64,000 nt of DNA from Alphaproteobacteria bacterium (GTDB lineage: Bacteria > Pseudomonadota > Alphaproteobacteria > MPNO01). The stretch covers positions 320,001 to 384,000 of the forward strand of contig OZ219865.1 in the NCBI GenBank assembly GCA_964291675.2, in the 5' to 3' direction. Below, one piece after another: positions 52,051 to 62,762 of the stretch (its first letter is position 1; every line of letters starts with the position of its first letter). The position numbers and the translations under genes were made by a program. The notes beneath the pieces were generated by a model. It searched no databases. It saw only the letters and a program-made list of their open reading frames with translations, and had not been told where the DNA came from.

Positions 52051-53435
52051 ACGCGACACTGTCCAGGGCGGCGCCGATACCGGTTCTTGCCGCAACGCTC
52101 GTCGCCGCGCTGGCCGCGCCGGCGGATGCGCTGACCATCCGCGAGGCGCTGGTCCAGGCCTATCAGAACAGCCCCCGGCTCGCCGCGGAGCGCGCCCGGC
52201 TGCGGGGCACCGACGAGCAGGTCAGCCAGGCGCTCTCGAGCTGGCGGCCCAGGGTGGTCGTCGAGGGCACGGCGGCGATGCAGGAACGCCGCTTCATCCC
52301 CACGGTGGGTCCGAACGCCGGCGAGAGGGAGGGGGACAGCTCGCACCCCTACCAGATCGGCGTCACGGTTACCCAGAACGTCTATCGCGGCGGCCGCAAC
52401 GAAGCGCAGACCCGGCGGGCCGAGGAGAACATCCTGGCCGGCCGTGCGCGGCTCTCCTCGGTCGAGCAGGAGGTGCTGCTGTCGGCGCTCACCGCCTACG
52501 TCAACGTGGTGCGCGACCGGGCGGTGGTCGAGCTCAACGTCAACAACGAGCGGGTGCTCAAACGCCAGCTCGAAGCCACCAGCGACCGTTTCCGCGTCGG
52601 CGAGGTCACGCGCACCGACGTGGCGCTGGCCCGGTCGCGGCTGTCGCGGGCGACCGCCGAGCTGATCCGGGCGCGCGGAAATCTCGCCGACTCGCGGGCC
52701 ATCTTCGCCGACATCGTGGGCGTCGCGGCGGACGGTCTCAGCGAGGTGGAGCCGCTCGGCAACCTGCCGGAGACCGAGAAGGACGCGGTCGCCAGGGCCC
52801 GGTCGGACAGCTTCGCGGTGGCCGCCGCGCGCCATGCCGAACGCGCCGCGCGCCACGCGGTCGACGCCGTCCAGGGCGAGCTGCTTCCCACCGTGAGCCT
52901 GTCGGGGCGCCTGAGCCGCGCGCTCGATGCGAGCGATTCGGACGTCGAGACCGACGTCTTCGCGGTCACGGGGCGGGTGAGCGTGCCGCTCTACCAGTCG
53001 GGCGCGGTGTCGTCGCGAATCCGCGAGGCCAAGCACGGCGTCGTCCGGCTGCGCAACGAATCGGTGCGCGCGGTCCGCGCCGCGGCCACCGCCGCGACCC
53101 AGAGATGGGAGGACTACACGACCGCCGAGGCCGGCATTTCCGCGTTCTCGGAAGCCGAGCGCGCGGCCGGGATCGCGCTCGAGGGCGTCGAGCAGGAGGC
53201 CCTGGTCGGGTCGCGCACCGTGCTGCACGTGCTCGATGCCGAGCAGGAATTGCTCGATGCGCGGGTGAGCCTGGTGCGGGCGCGCCGCGACCTGGTCGTG
53301 GCCAGCTATGCCCTGCGCTCGGCGGTGGGACAGCTCACCGCGGACAGCCTCGGACTTGAGGTGGATCTGTACGACCCGAAGGCGAATTACCGCAAGACCC
53401 GCGAGCGCTGGTACGGCCTCGATATCGCGAAATGA
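52047..53435 (+). CDS. tolC: TolC-family outer membrane protein
   Basis: Signal peptide, 'RFRVGEVTRTDV', 'PLYQSG', 'VGSRTVL.VLDAEQEL'; synteny. Confidence 0.9.
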   Translation: MNATLSRAAPIPVLAATLVAALAAPADALTIREALVQAYQNSPRLAAERARLRGTDEQVSQALSSWRPRVVVEGTAAMQERRFIPTVGPNAGEREGDSSHPYQIGVTVTQNVYRGGRNEAQTRRAEENILAGRARLSSVEQEVLLSALTAYVNVVRDRAVVELNVNNERVLKRQLEATSDRFRVGEVTRTDVALARSRLSRATAELIRARGNLADSRAIFADIVGVAADGLSEVEPLGNLPETEKDAVARARSDSFAVAAARHAERAARHAVDAVQGELLPTVSLSGRLSRALDASDSDVETDVFAVTGRVSVPLYQSGAVSSRIREAKHGVVRLRNESVRAVRAAATAATQRWEDYTTAEAGISAFSEAERAAGIALEGVEQEALVGSRTVLHVLDAEQELLDARVSLVRARRDLVVASYALRSAVGQLTADSLGLEVDLYDPKANYRKTRERWYGLDIAK

Positions 53436-53467
53436 CGGGGCGGCCGGCGGATGCAGGAAGGCCGACG

Positions 53468-53944
53468 ATGACGGAGCCCGGTGCGCGCCCCGAGCATTCG
53501 AAAGAAGAGATCCTGGCCTCGATACGCGAGGTCGTCTCGGAACGCGCGCGGACGGCGCCGGACGGCGAAGCGGACGACTCGACGATCCTCGACCTGACCC
53601 AGGAGATCCGCGACGACGGGTCGGTGGTCGATATCGGAACCGGCGCGGCGGTGGCCGGCACCGCCGGGGACGAGCCGACGGCCGAGGCGCCGGGGGAGGG
53701 ACTCGTCGCGCGGGAGACGGAGAGCGCCGCATCGGCTGGCTTCGCGGCCGTCGCCGAAACCGCCGCCGGGCTCGATCCGCTGCACGATCCCGACGGCAAG
53801 ACCGTCGAGCAGATGGCGCGGGAGGTGATGCGGCCGCTGATCAAGGAGTGGCTCGACGCCAACCTCCCGGAGATCGTCGAACGCCTGGTCCAGCGCGAGA
53901 TCGAGCGCCTGTCGCGCCGGGGAGAGTCCGCCGCCGAGGGTTGA
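53468..53944 (+). CDS. popZ: Polar organizing protein PopZ (DUF2497)
   Basis: N-terminal 'EEILASIR', acidic linker, C-terminal 'RPLIKEWLDANLPEIVERLVQREIERL'; tolC-popZ-valS synteny. Confidence 0.9.
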   Translation: MTEPGARPEHSKEEILASIREVVSERARTAPDGEADDSTILDLTQEIRDDGSVVDIGTGAAVAGTAGDEPTAEAPGEGLVARETESAASAGFAAVAETAAGLDPLHDPDGKTVEQMAREVMRPLIKEWLDANLPEIVERLVQREIERLSRRGESAAEG

Positions 53945-53981
53945 GCGGCATCCGAATTTCCTGAACCGTATCAAGACGAAA

Positions 53982-56654
53982 ATGGACAAGACCTATCGGC
54001 CCGCCGAAGTCGAAGACCGCATCTACGCGCGCTGGGAGGAGGCGGGCGCGTTCGCCTGCGGCCGCGCCGGCGGTGCGGACGCCGAACCCGCGCCCTATTC
54101 GATCGTCATCCCGCCGCCCAACGTCACCGGCAGCCTGCATATGGGCCACGCGCTCAACAACACGCTGCAGGACATCCTGATCCGCTTCGCGCGCCTGGCC
54201 GGCCGCGACGCGCTGTGGCAGCCGGGCACCGACCACGCCGGCATCGCCACCCAGATGGTGGTGGAGCGCCAGCTCGCGGCGGAGGGCAAGACGCGCCACG
54301 ATCTCGGCCGCGAGGCTTTCATCCGGCGGGTCTGGGCGTGGAAGGCGGAATCGGGCGGCACCATCAGCGGCCAGCTCCGCCGGCTCGGCGCGTCCTGCGA
54401 CTGGAGCCGCGAACGCTTCACCATGGACGACGGTCTGTCGCAGGCGGTCCGCCGGGTGTTCGTCGAGCTCTACAAGGACGGGCTGATCTATCGCGACAAG
54501 CGGCTGGTCAACTGGGATCCCGAGCTGCACACCGCGATCTCCGACCTCGAGGTCGAGCAGCGCGATGTCAGCGGAAAGCTGTGGTACATCGCCTACCCGA
54601 TCGAGGACGGCGGCGGGCGCAGGATCGTCGTCGCCACGACCCGGCCGGAGACCATGCTGGGCGACACCGCGGTGGCGGTCCATCCCGACGACGGGCGCTA
54701 CCGCGACCTGGTCGGGAAATGCGCCGTCCTGCCCATCGTCGGGCGCCGTCTGCCGATCGTCGCCGACGCGTATTCCGACCCGGAGAAGGGCTCGGGCGCG
54801 GTCAAGATCACGCCGGGCCACGACTTCAACGATTTCGAGGTGGGGCGGCGCCACGGCCTCGACATGGTGTCGATCTTCGATGCCGACGCCATTCTCAACG
54901 ACAACGTGCCGGAACATCTGCGCGGCCTGACCCGCGAGGCGGCGAGGACGCGGGTCCTCGAGGAGCTGGAGGCGGCGGGGCTCGTCGAATCGGTCGAGGA
55001 CAACCCGATGACGATCCCGCATGGCGACCGGTCCGGGGTGGTCATCGAGCCGATGTTGACCGACCAGTGGTTCGTCGACGCCGAGGCCCTCGCCGGGCCC
55101 GCCATCGAGGCGGTCGAGAGCGGCCGCATCCGTTTCGTGCCCAAGCACTGGGAGCACACCTATTTCGAGTGGATGAAGAAGATCCAGCCCTGGTGCATCT
55201 CGCGCCAGATCTGGTGGGGGCACCGCATCCCGGCCTGGTTCGGCCCCGACGGGACGTACTTCGTCGAGATGACGGAAGACGAGGCGCGCGCCGCCGCCCG
55301 CGCGCATTACGGCGGGGACGTCGCGCTGGTCCAGGACTCGGACGTGCTCGACACCTGGTTCTCCTCGGCGCTGTGGCCGTTCTCGACGCTGGGCTGGCCG
55401 GAGGAGACCGACGAGCTTGCGCGCTACTACCCGACCAGCGTGCTGGTGACCGGCTTCGACATCATCTTCTTCTGGGTCGCGCGGATGGCGATGATGGGGC
55501 TCCGCTTCCAGCGCGAGATCCCCTTCGAGACCGTCTACATCCACGCTCTGGTGCGCGACGAGCGCGGCCAGAAGATGTCGAAGAGCAAGGGCAACGTGCT
55601 CGATCCGCTGGAGCTGATCGAGACCTATGGCGCGGACGCGCTGCGCTTCACCCTGACCGCGCTCGCCGCCCAGGGGCGCGACATCAAGCTCTCGCCGGGG
55701 CGGATCGCCGGCTACCGCAACTTCGTCACCAAGATCTGGAACGCCGCCCGCTATGCGCAGATGAACCTCTGCCAGGCGGACCCGGAATTCGATCCCGCGG
55801 CGGCGGCGCTGACCGTCAACCGCTGGATCGTCGGCGAGACCGCTTCGGCCGCGGCGGAAGCGGCGGAGGCGATCTCGGCCTACCGCTTCAACGATGCCGC
55901 GCAGGCGCTCTACCGCTTCACCTGGAACACGTTCTGCGACTGGTACATCGAGTTCACCAAGCCGATCCTCGACGCCGGTACCGAAGCCGAGCGGTCCGAG
56001 ACCCGCGCCGCCACGGCGTGGACGCTGGATGCGCTGCTGCACATGCTGCACCCGATCATGCCCTTCGTGACCGAAGAGCTGTGGGACGCGACGGCGCCCG
56101 AGGGCGCGCCGCGCGGGAGCCTGCTGATCGACGGGCGCTGGCCGGAGCTTCCCGCCTCGCTGGTACGGCCGGACGCCAAGGCGGAGATGGACTGGGTGGT
56201 CCGCGCGGTGTCCACCGTCCGGGCGGTGCGCGCCGAGATCAACGTGCCGCCCGGCGCCAGGCTCGGCCTGGTCGTGCGCGGCGCCGGGGCGGATACCAGG
56301 GCGCGGATCGGGCGTCACGACGGATTGTTGCGGCGTCTCGCGAGGCTGGAGGGCATCGTCCTCGACGACGACGCGCCGCTGCCGGACGGCGCCGTCCAGG
56401 CGGTGGTCGACGAGGCGGTGTTCGCGCTCCCGGTCGGCGCGGTGATCGACATCGCCGCCGAGAAGTCGCGGCTGGAGAAGGAGCTCGGCAAGCTAGCCGG
56501 CGAGATCGGCAAGATCGACGCCAAGCTCGCCAACGACAAATTCGTCTCCCGCGCGCCCGAAGAGGTGGTCGAGGAGCAGCGCGAGCGCCTCGCCGAGCTG
56601 CACCGCTCCCGCGACCGTCTGACCGAAGCCATAGACCGCCTGGCCGCGGCGTAG
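53982..56654 (+). CDS. valS: Valine--tRNA ligase
   Basis: PPPNVTGSLHMGH, WCISRQ, KMSKS, C-terminal coiled coil. Confidence 0.98.
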   Translation: MDKTYRPAEVEDRIYARWEEAGAFACGRAGGADAEPAPYSIVIPPPNVTGSLHMGHALNNTLQDILIRFARLAGRDALWQPGTDHAGIATQMVVERQLAAEGKTRHDLGREAFIRRVWAWKAESGGTISGQLRRLGASCDWSRERFTMDDGLSQAVRRVFVELYKDGLIYRDKRLVNWDPELHTAISDLEVEQRDVSGKLWYIAYPIEDGGGRRIVVATTRPETMLGDTAVAVHPDDGRYRDLVGKCAVLPIVGRRLPIVADAYSDPEKGSGAVKITPGHDFNDFEVGRRHGLDMVSIFDADAILNDNVPEHLRGLTREAARTRVLEELEAAGLVESVEDNPMTIPHGDRSGVVIEPMLTDQWFVDAEALAGPAIEAVESGRIRFVPKHWEHTYFEWMKKIQPWCISRQIWWGHRIPAWFGPDGTYFVEMTEDEARAAARAHYGGDVALVQDSDVLDTWFSSALWPFSTLGWPEETDELARYYPTSVLVTGFDIIFFWVARMAMMGLRFQREIPFETVYIHALVRDERGQKMSKSKGNVLDPLELIETYGADALRFTLTALAAQGRDIKLSPGRIAGYRNFVTKIWNAARYAQMNLCQADPEFDPAAAALTVNRWIVGETASAAAEAAEAISAYRFNDAAQALYRFTWNTFCDWYIEFTKPILDAGTEAERSETRAATAWTLDALLHMLHPIMPFVTEELWDATAPEGAPRGSLLIDGRWPELPASLVRPDAKAEMDWVVRAVSTVRAVRAEINVPPGARLGLVVRGAGADTRARIGRHDGLLRRLARLEGIVLDDDAPLPDGAVQAVVDEAVFALPVGAVIDIAAEKSRLEKELGKLAGEIGKIDAKLANDKFVSRAPEEVVEEQRERLAELHRSRDRLTEAIDRLAAA

Positions 56655-56693
56655 AGCCCGGCTTGGTCGGCACCGCCGACACGGCCGGCGGGC

Positions 56694-56798
56694 GTCCTTC
56701 GATACGCGGCTTCGCCGCTACTCAGGATGAGGAGTGGGTTGTGCGCGCCCACCCACCTCATCCTGAGTAGCCCGCCGCAGGCGGGCGTATCGAAGGAC
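56694..56798. repeat. Second family of palindromic repeat, copy 2 (opposite orientation)
   Basis: GTCCTTCGATACGC..CTACTCAGGATGAGG ... CCTCATCCTGAGTAG..GCGTATCGAAGGAC. Confidence 0.85.
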
Positions 56799-56868
56799 CG
56801 GTCGCGGTTTCGCCGCGACCCGGCCCCGGCTATGGTGCGGCGGATTTCCGCACCGGACGGGGGGCGAC

Positions 56869-58626
56869 ATGCCGGATTCGACGACACGGGCGCGCGGCCG
56901 CAGGACGCGCAGGGGTTTCGACAAGGCGAAGCTGCCCAGCCGCCATGTGACCGAGGGGCCCGAACGGGCGCCGCACCGCGCGTTCCTGTACGCGATGGGG
57001 CTGACCGACGAGGAGGTGCACCAGCCGCTGGTCGGCGTCGCCACCTGCTGGAACGAGGCCGCGCCCTGCAACATCTCGCTGTCGCGCCAGGCGCAGGCGG
57101 CCAAGCGTGGGGTCTCCGACGCCGGCGGCACGCCGCGCGAATTCGCCACCATCACCGTCACCGACGGGATCGCGATGGGCCATGACGGCATGAAGTCCTC
57201 GCTGGTCAGCCGCGAGGTCATCGCCGATTCGGTCGAGCTCACCATGCGCGGGCACTGCTACGACGCGCTGGTCGGGCTCGCCGGCTGCGACAAGTCGCTG
57301 CCGGGCATGATGATGGCCATGGTCAGGCTCAACGTGCCGTCGGTGTTCGTCTATGGCGGCACCATCCTGCCGGGCCGGTTCCGGGGCCGCGACGTGACCA
57401 TCGTCGACGTGTTCGAGGGGGTGGGGCAGCACGCCGCCGGCAAGATGTCGAGGGCGGCGCTCGACGAGCTGGAAGCGGCCGCGTGTCCCTGCGCCGGGTC
57501 CTGCGGCGGCCAGTTCACCGCCAACACGATGGCCTGCGTCTCGGAGGCGATCGGCCTCGCCTTGCCGGCCTCGGCGGGGGCGCCGGCGGTCTACGAATCC
57601 CGCGATTCGATGGTCGAGGCCTCGGGCCGCGCGGTGATGGGCGCGCTGAAGAAGGGGATACGTCCGCGCGACGTGGTGACCCGCGAGGCGCTCGACAACG
57701 CGGCGACGGTGGTGGCGGCGACCGGCGGCTCGACCAATGCCGGGCTGCATCTGCCGGCGATCGCCAACGAGGCGGGGATCCGCTACACGCTCGACGACGT
57801 GGCGAAGATCTTCAAGCGCACGCCCTATATCGCCGACTTGATGCCGGGCGGGAAGCACACCGCCCGCGCCATGTACGAGGCCGGCGGCGTCGGCGTGGTG
57901 ATCAAGGAGCTGCTCGATGCCGGGCTGCTCGACGGCGACTGCCCGACGGTGACCGGCAGGACGCTTGCCCAGAACTACGCCAAGGTGCGCTTCCCCAGGG
58001 ACCAGGACGTGTTCTACCGGGTGTCCGAGCCGCTCTCGCCGACCGGCGGCGTCGTCGGGCTCAAGGGCAACCTCGCGCCCGAGGGGGCGATCGTGAAGGT
58101 CGCCGGGCTCGCCCGGCTGCAATTCGAGGGCCCGGCGCGGGTGTTCGACTGCGAGGAGGATGCCTTCGATGCGGTGGTCAACCGCCGCATCGCCGAGGGC
58201 GAGGTGATCGTCATCCGCTACGAGGGGCCGCGCGGCGGTCCCGGCATGCGCGAGATGCTGTCGACCACCGCCGCGCTCTACGGGCTTGGCCTCGGCGAGA
58301 GCGTGGCGCTGATCACCGACGGGCGGTTTTCCGGCGGCACGCGGGGCTTCTGCATCGGCCATGTCGGGCCGGAGGCCGCATTGGGCGGGCCGATCGGGCT
58401 GATCGAGAACGGCGACAGGATCTCGATCGACGCGGTGAAGGGCAGGCTCGACGTGGCGTTGACGAAGAAGGAGCTCGCCGCGCGCAAGAAGAAGTGGAAG
58501 CCGCGCGGGACCGACCACAACTCGGGCGCGCTGTGGCGCTACGCCCAGACCGTGGGGCCGGCGGTGAACGGCGCGGTGGTGCATCCGGGCGCCGCGGCCG
58601 AGACCCACGTCTACGCCGATATCTGA
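56869..58626 (+). CDS. ilvD: Dihydroxy-acid dehydratase
   Basis: [47 protein letters not shown]. Confidence 0.95.
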   Translation: MPDSTTRARGRRTRRGFDKAKLPSRHVTEGPERAPHRAFLYAMGLTDEEVHQPLVGVATCWNEAAPCNISLSRQAQAAKRGVSDAGGTPREFATITVTDGIAMGHDGMKSSLVSREVIADSVELTMRGHCYDALVGLAGCDKSLPGMMMAMVRLNVPSVFVYGGTILPGRFRGRDVTIVDVFEGVGQHAAGKMSRAALDELEAAACPCAGSCGGQFTANTMACVSEAIGLALPASAGAPAVYESRDSMVEASGRAVMGALKKGIRPRDVVTREALDNAATVVAATGGSTNAGLHLPAIANEAGIRYTLDDVAKIFKRTPYIADLMPGGKHTARAMYEAGGVGVVIKELLDAGLLDGDCPTVTGRTLAQNYAKVRFPRDQDVFYRVSEPLSPTGGVVGLKGNLAPEGAIVKVAGLARLQFEGPARVFDCEEDAFDAVVNRRIAEGEVIVIRYEGPRGGPGMREMLSTTAALYGLGLGESVALITDGRFSGGTRGFCIGHVGPEAALGGPIGLIENGDRISIDAVKGRLDVALTKKELAARKKKWKPRGTDHNSGALWRYAQTVGPAVNGAVVHPGAAAETHVYADI

Positions 58627-58630
58627 GGGG

Positions 58631-58816
58631 TCAGGGGCGGCGGCGCCTTCCGGCCAGCCGGAGCAGCGCCGCCCGCAGCCCCCAGAGCAGCGCGCCGAAC
58701 GCCCCGCACAGCAGCACCGGCCCGGCCAGCGCCGGCAGCGCCGTCGTCTCGCCGCGCAGATACTGGATCGCCGCCCAGGCGCAGCCGAAGGCGAGCCCGA
58801 CCGCGATATAGCGCAT
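58631..58816 (-). CDS. Small two-TM hypothetical protein
   Basis: 61 aa, two hydrophobic helices, basic tail. Confidence 0.5.
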   Translation of the reverse strand: MRYIAVGLAFGCAWAAIQYLRGETTALPALAGPVLLCGAFGALLWGLRAALLRLAGRRRRP

Positions 58817-59041
58817 CCCGGTTCAACGCCGCCGGTGAAGGCGGCAGAAGGCGGACCGCCGCGCCTGCGCCGGTTGGATGTCGTTCATCGGGCGGACTAT
58901 ACGGCGGCCGGATGAGGTCCGGTACCCCATCGATCCGAAGACCGCGATCCGACCTGCGGGATCGCAAGTACCGCGCTTCGTGATACTATCTATGATTGAA
59001 TATGTCGGCCTGTGGTGCAAGCAGGCCCCGGGGAGGTGCCG

Positions 59042-59815
59042 ATGGCGCGCGGCAAACTCTGCAAGACGGCGATAATCCTGTCCCTGGCGTTGGTCGGCGG
59101 GACGGCGCGCAGTGCCTTGGCGGCACCGGATTGCGTCCACTGGCTCGCCGAAGGCTTTTGGAGAATGGCGGTCGCGGCGGACATAGGCCGCTGCCTCGCC
59201 GCCGGAGCAAGGCTCGACGCGCGAAACCGGAATGGGGAAGGTCCGCTGCACCTCGCCGCCGAATTCGGCGATGCGGCGACTGTCGGTGCGCTGATCGCCG
59301 CCGGGGCGGCGGTCGGCGTGCGCGGCGAGAGGGGTATGACGCCGCTGCACATCGCGGTGGTTGACCGGCAATTCGTGCAGATATTGCTTGAACGGTGGTC
59401 ATCTGGGGCCCGTCCCGCCGCTCCGCAAAGGCGGAGCGTGAGCGCCACATGGCAAGCCGCGATCGAGGATCGCGTGGCCAAGGTCAAGGCCCTGATCGCC
59501 GCCGGGGCGGACGTAGAAGCGCGGAGCGGGGAGAGGGGAAAGACGCCGTTGCACCTGGCAGCCGGCTCGAGCGACGCGAAGACGATCAATGCCTTGATCA
59601 AGGGCGGCGCAAGACTGGAGATACGCGACAAGCATGGTTTGACCCCTCTGCACGATGCGTCGCTCTGGAACCCGGAAGCGGTTCACGCCCTGCTCGACGC
59701 GGGCGCCGATGGCGCGGCGACAACGCCAGATGGATTAACGCCGTTCCACCTGGCCGATAGGGAAATGCCCGGTACCGATGCTTGGCGTCGGCTGCGCGCG
59801 GCCCGATCCCGTTGA
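59042..59815 (+). CDS. Secreted ankyrin-repeat protein
   Basis: Signal peptide; repeats GEGPLHLAA, GMTPLHIA, GKTPLHLAA, GLTPLHDA, GLTPFHLA. Confidence 0.88.
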   Translation: MARGKLCKTAIILSLALVGGTARSALAAPDCVHWLAEGFWRMAVAADIGRCLAAGARLDARNRNGEGPLHLAAEFGDAATVGALIAAGAAVGVRGERGMTPLHIAVVDRQFVQILLERWSSGARPAAPQRRSVSATWQAAIEDRVAKVKALIAAGADVEARSGERGKTPLHLAAGSSDAKTINALIKGGARLEIRDKHGLTPLHDASLWNPEAVHALLDAGADGAATTPDGLTPFHLADREMPGTDAWRRLRAARSR

Positions 59816-59995
59816 TCGACAGCCGCACCGCTCGGCCACGCGGGTTCATGCGCTGGCACGGCTGGATCGCCGTGCGAGCGGGCGAGATGACCTCACAATA
59901 GGTTTACCTGACCGAAACACTTCTTCGCGCCCGGCGCTATGGTCATCCTCACGACGCCGTGTATCCTTGTCTCCGTCGGGAGGGGGTTTCGCGCC

Positions 59996-60919
59996 ATGGA
60001 CGTGCGCCAGCTGCGCTATTTCGTGGAAGTCGTCCAGGCAAAGAGCTTCACCAAGGCGGCAGAACGGGTCCGCGTGGCGCAGCCCGCGCTCGGGTTTCAG
60101 GTCCGCAAGCTGGAGGACGAGCTGGGCTCGGCGCTGCTGGTGCGCCATTCGCGCGGCGTGAAGACCACCGAGGCGGGCGATGCGCTGCTCAAGCACGCCT
60201 ATGCGATCCTGCGCCAGATAGAGCTCGCCAGGCAGGAGGTGATCGACCTCGCCGGCCCGCCGCGCGGCCCGCTCGCGCTGGGCGTGACGCCGACGGCGAG
60301 CGCGCTGCTGGCGACCCGCATCGTGCAGCAATGCGGCGAGACCTTTCCCGGCATCGCGCTCAACCTGGTCGAAGGGCTGAGCGAAGAGGTCATGAAATGG
60401 CTCGACGAGGGCCGCATCGATCTCGGCTTCTCCTACAACCCGACCGCGATCAAGGGAATCGACAGCAAGCCTCTGCTGATCGAGGACCTGTTCTACATCG
60501 CGTCCGACGACGACGGTTTCGACGGGACCGAAAAAATTGCCTTGGCCAAGCTGCGCAACCGCCCGCTGATCCTGCCGAGCCGGCCGCACGGCACCCGCAT
60601 GCTGGTGGAACGGGCGGCGGAAGAGCGCGGCATCGCCATCGAGATCTCCTGCGAGGTCGATTCGGTGGCCACCGTGCGCGAGCTCGTCGAGGCCGGAATC
60701 GGAGCGACGATCCTGCCGCTCGGCGCGGTGCAGGACGCGGTGCGCAACGGACGGCTGCATGCGGCGAGGATCTCCCGCCCCCGGATCTCGCGCACCCTCC
60801 ACCTCGCCTGGTCCAGCCGCTCGGCCCAGACCAATGCGGCGCTGGTGGTTTGCGATATAATCGACCGCCTCGCCGAAGAGCGAATCCAGTCAGGCAGCGG
60901 TTTCTGGCGGGCGCCCTAG
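59996..60919 (+). CDS. LysR-family regulator (Nac-like)
   Basis: 'QLRYFV', 'SFTKAA..VAQPAL..Q..LEDELG' HTH; LysR substrate domain. Confidence 0.93.
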   Translation: MDVRQLRYFVEVVQAKSFTKAAERVRVAQPALGFQVRKLEDELGSALLVRHSRGVKTTEAGDALLKHAYAILRQIELARQEVIDLAGPPRGPLALGVTPTASALLATRIVQQCGETFPGIALNLVEGLSEEVMKWLDEGRIDLGFSYNPTAIKGIDSKPLLIEDLFYIASDDDGFDGTEKIALAKLRNRPLILPSRPHGTRMLVERAAEERGIAIEISCEVDSVATVRELVEAGIGATILPLGAVQDAVRNGRLHAARISRPRISRTLHLAWSSRSAQTNAALVVCDIIDRLAEERIQSGSGFWRAP

Positions 60920-60975
60920 CCGCGCCTCCAACCCTCCGAAACGCATTTGCCCGAACCAGCAGGGAGCGCGCCCCG

Positions 60976-61698
60976 ATGAGTGCCAGCAACGTGATCGACC
61001 GGCTCGACGAGGTGGTCGACGAATTCGCCCGGCGGGTCCGCATCTACAACGAAGACGCGACGATGGAGCGCGCCCGCATCTTCGTGAAGCAGCACCGGCA
61101 GAACACGCGGTTCCGCAATTCGGTCCTGAAGCTGCGGGTGGCCACCAACTGCCCGGAATGGGACATCAAGCTCGACATCATCCACGCCTGCTCGCAGGAA
61201 ATCATCGCCGACCACGAATACGGCGGCGGTCAGCCGCACTGGGAGATCGTCGAGGACCTCGGGGTGTGCCTCGGTCTCGACCGGGAGGAGATCCGCGCCG
61301 CCTCTCTGCTCGACTCCACCCGGCTGAGCTGGCTCGCCTGGGAGGCGCTGATGACCAACCGGCACTGGCTGGAGGGGCTGATCGCAAACACCTGCGCCGA
61401 GCGCTCGGCCCTGCCGGGCTACGGCGCGGGCGAGCTGCGCGAGCTCGGCTGGCTCGGGCTGGAACGCAAGCGCTGGCGCGAGACGCTCGGCATCGACGAC
61501 GACAAGCTCAGCTTCTTCAAGATCCACGGCGAGGCCGATGTCGAACACTCCGACATCGGCTGGAACGCGGTCGCCCGGTTCGCCGCCGAGCTCGGCATGG
61601 AGGACGCGGTGGTGGAGGCCTGCCGGGTCAACCTGATGGTGTGGGAGAATTACTGGAACGGCATCTGCGCCGCCGCCGACGGGGCCGGGGCGGGCTGA
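60976..61698 (+). CDS. Heme-oxygenase-like diiron protein (PqqC/TenA/CADD-like)
   Basis: 'QE...PH', 'CAE', 'FFKIHGEADVEH' E/H ligand pattern. Confidence 0.75.
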   Translation: MSASNVIDRLDEVVDEFARRVRIYNEDATMERARIFVKQHRQNTRFRNSVLKLRVATNCPEWDIKLDIIHACSQEIIADHEYGGGQPHWEIVEDLGVCLGLDREEIRAASLLDSTRLSWLAWEALMTNRHWLEGLIANTCAERSALPGYGAGELRELGWLGLERKRWRETLGIDDDKLSFFKIHGEADVEHSDIGWNAVARFAAELGMEDAVVEACRVNLMVWENYWNGICAAADGAGAG

Positions 61699-61711
61699 GC
61701 CGGAAGATCGC

Positions 61712-62701
61712 ATGGCCCCGCTCACCCTCACCTTCGCCGCCAGCGAGTACGACCACTTCCACGATCTCGTCTCCGGCGAGGTGAGGGCGGAAGGAATCGC
61801 GCTCAACTACCTCAAGCTCGCCATCGAGGAGATTTTTTTTCGCTTCACCAGGTTCCGCGAGTGGGACGTCTCCGAGATGTCGATGGGCAAGTACGTCTCG
61901 CTCAAGTCGCAGGGCGATACCTCGCTCACCGCGATCCCGGTGTTCCCCTCGCGCGTGTTCCGCCAGTCCTCGCTCTATGTGCGCGCCGGCAGCCCGCTCA
62001 GCGGCGCCGAGGAGCTCGCCGGCAAGCGGGTCGGCATACCGGAATGGGCGCAGACCGCCTCGATCTACACGCGCGGCTGGATCGCCCACCAGGTGGGCGT
62101 GCCGCTGACCGCCATCGAATGGGTGCAGGCCGGGGTCAACCAGCCGGGTCGGGCGGAGAAGGTTGCGCTCCGCCTGCCCGACGGCATTCTCTACCGCCCG
62201 GAGCCCGAGCGCAGCCTCAACGACATGCTGCTGGCGGGCGACATCGACGCGGCGATGAGCGCCCACCCGCCGGAAGCCGCCGAGGATGGCAGCGGCCGCG
62301 TCGTCCGGCTCTACCCCGACTACCGCGCGATCGAGGAGGCGTATTACCGGGAGACCGGGATCTTCCCGATCATGCACGTGATCGCGCTCCGGGGAGATGT
62401 CTTCGAGGCCAACCGCTGGATCGCGATGAACCTGCTGACGGCGTTCGAGCAGGCCAAGCGGAACGCGATGCGCCGGGCCCAGGAAATCACCGCCACGCGG
62501 TTTCCCTTCGCCTGGTGCTTCGACGCGGCGGCGGAGGCGCGCGCGCTGTTCGGCGAGGATTTCTTTCCCTACGGCATCGAGCCCAACCGGACGACGCTGG
62601 AAGCGTTCCTGCAATACGGATTCGAGCAGGGCGTCTGCCACAAGCCGATCGCGCCGGAGGATCTGTTCCCGCCCGAGGTCCGGGCGGTGTTCAAGGTCTG
62701 A
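61712..62701 (+). CDS. 4,5-dihydroxyphthalate decarboxylase-like protein, paralog 1
   Basis: 'EYD', 'WDVSEMS', 'IPVFPSR.FR.S', 'IFPIMH', 'YGIEPNR'; no signal peptide. Confidence 0.8.
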   Translation: MAPLTLTFAASEYDHFHDLVSGEVRAEGIALNYLKLAIEEIFFRFTRFREWDVSEMSMGKYVSLKSQGDTSLTAIPVFPSRVFRQSSLYVRAGSPLSGAEELAGKRVGIPEWAQTASIYTRGWIAHQVGVPLTAIEWVQAGVNQPGRAEKVALRLPDGILYRPEPERSLNDMLLAGDIDAAMSAHPPEAAEDGSGRVVRLYPDYRAIEEAYYRETGIFPIMHVIALRGDVFEANRWIAMNLLTAFEQAKRNAMRRAQEITATRFPFAWCFDAAAEARALFGEDFFPYGIEPNRTTLEAFLQYGFEQGVCHKPIAPEDLFPPEVRAVFKV

Positions 62702-62762
62702 GCATTGCGGGGCCATGGCCGGGGCGCTACTTTCCGGCGACGGCAAGGGCAGGGAGGCATCC

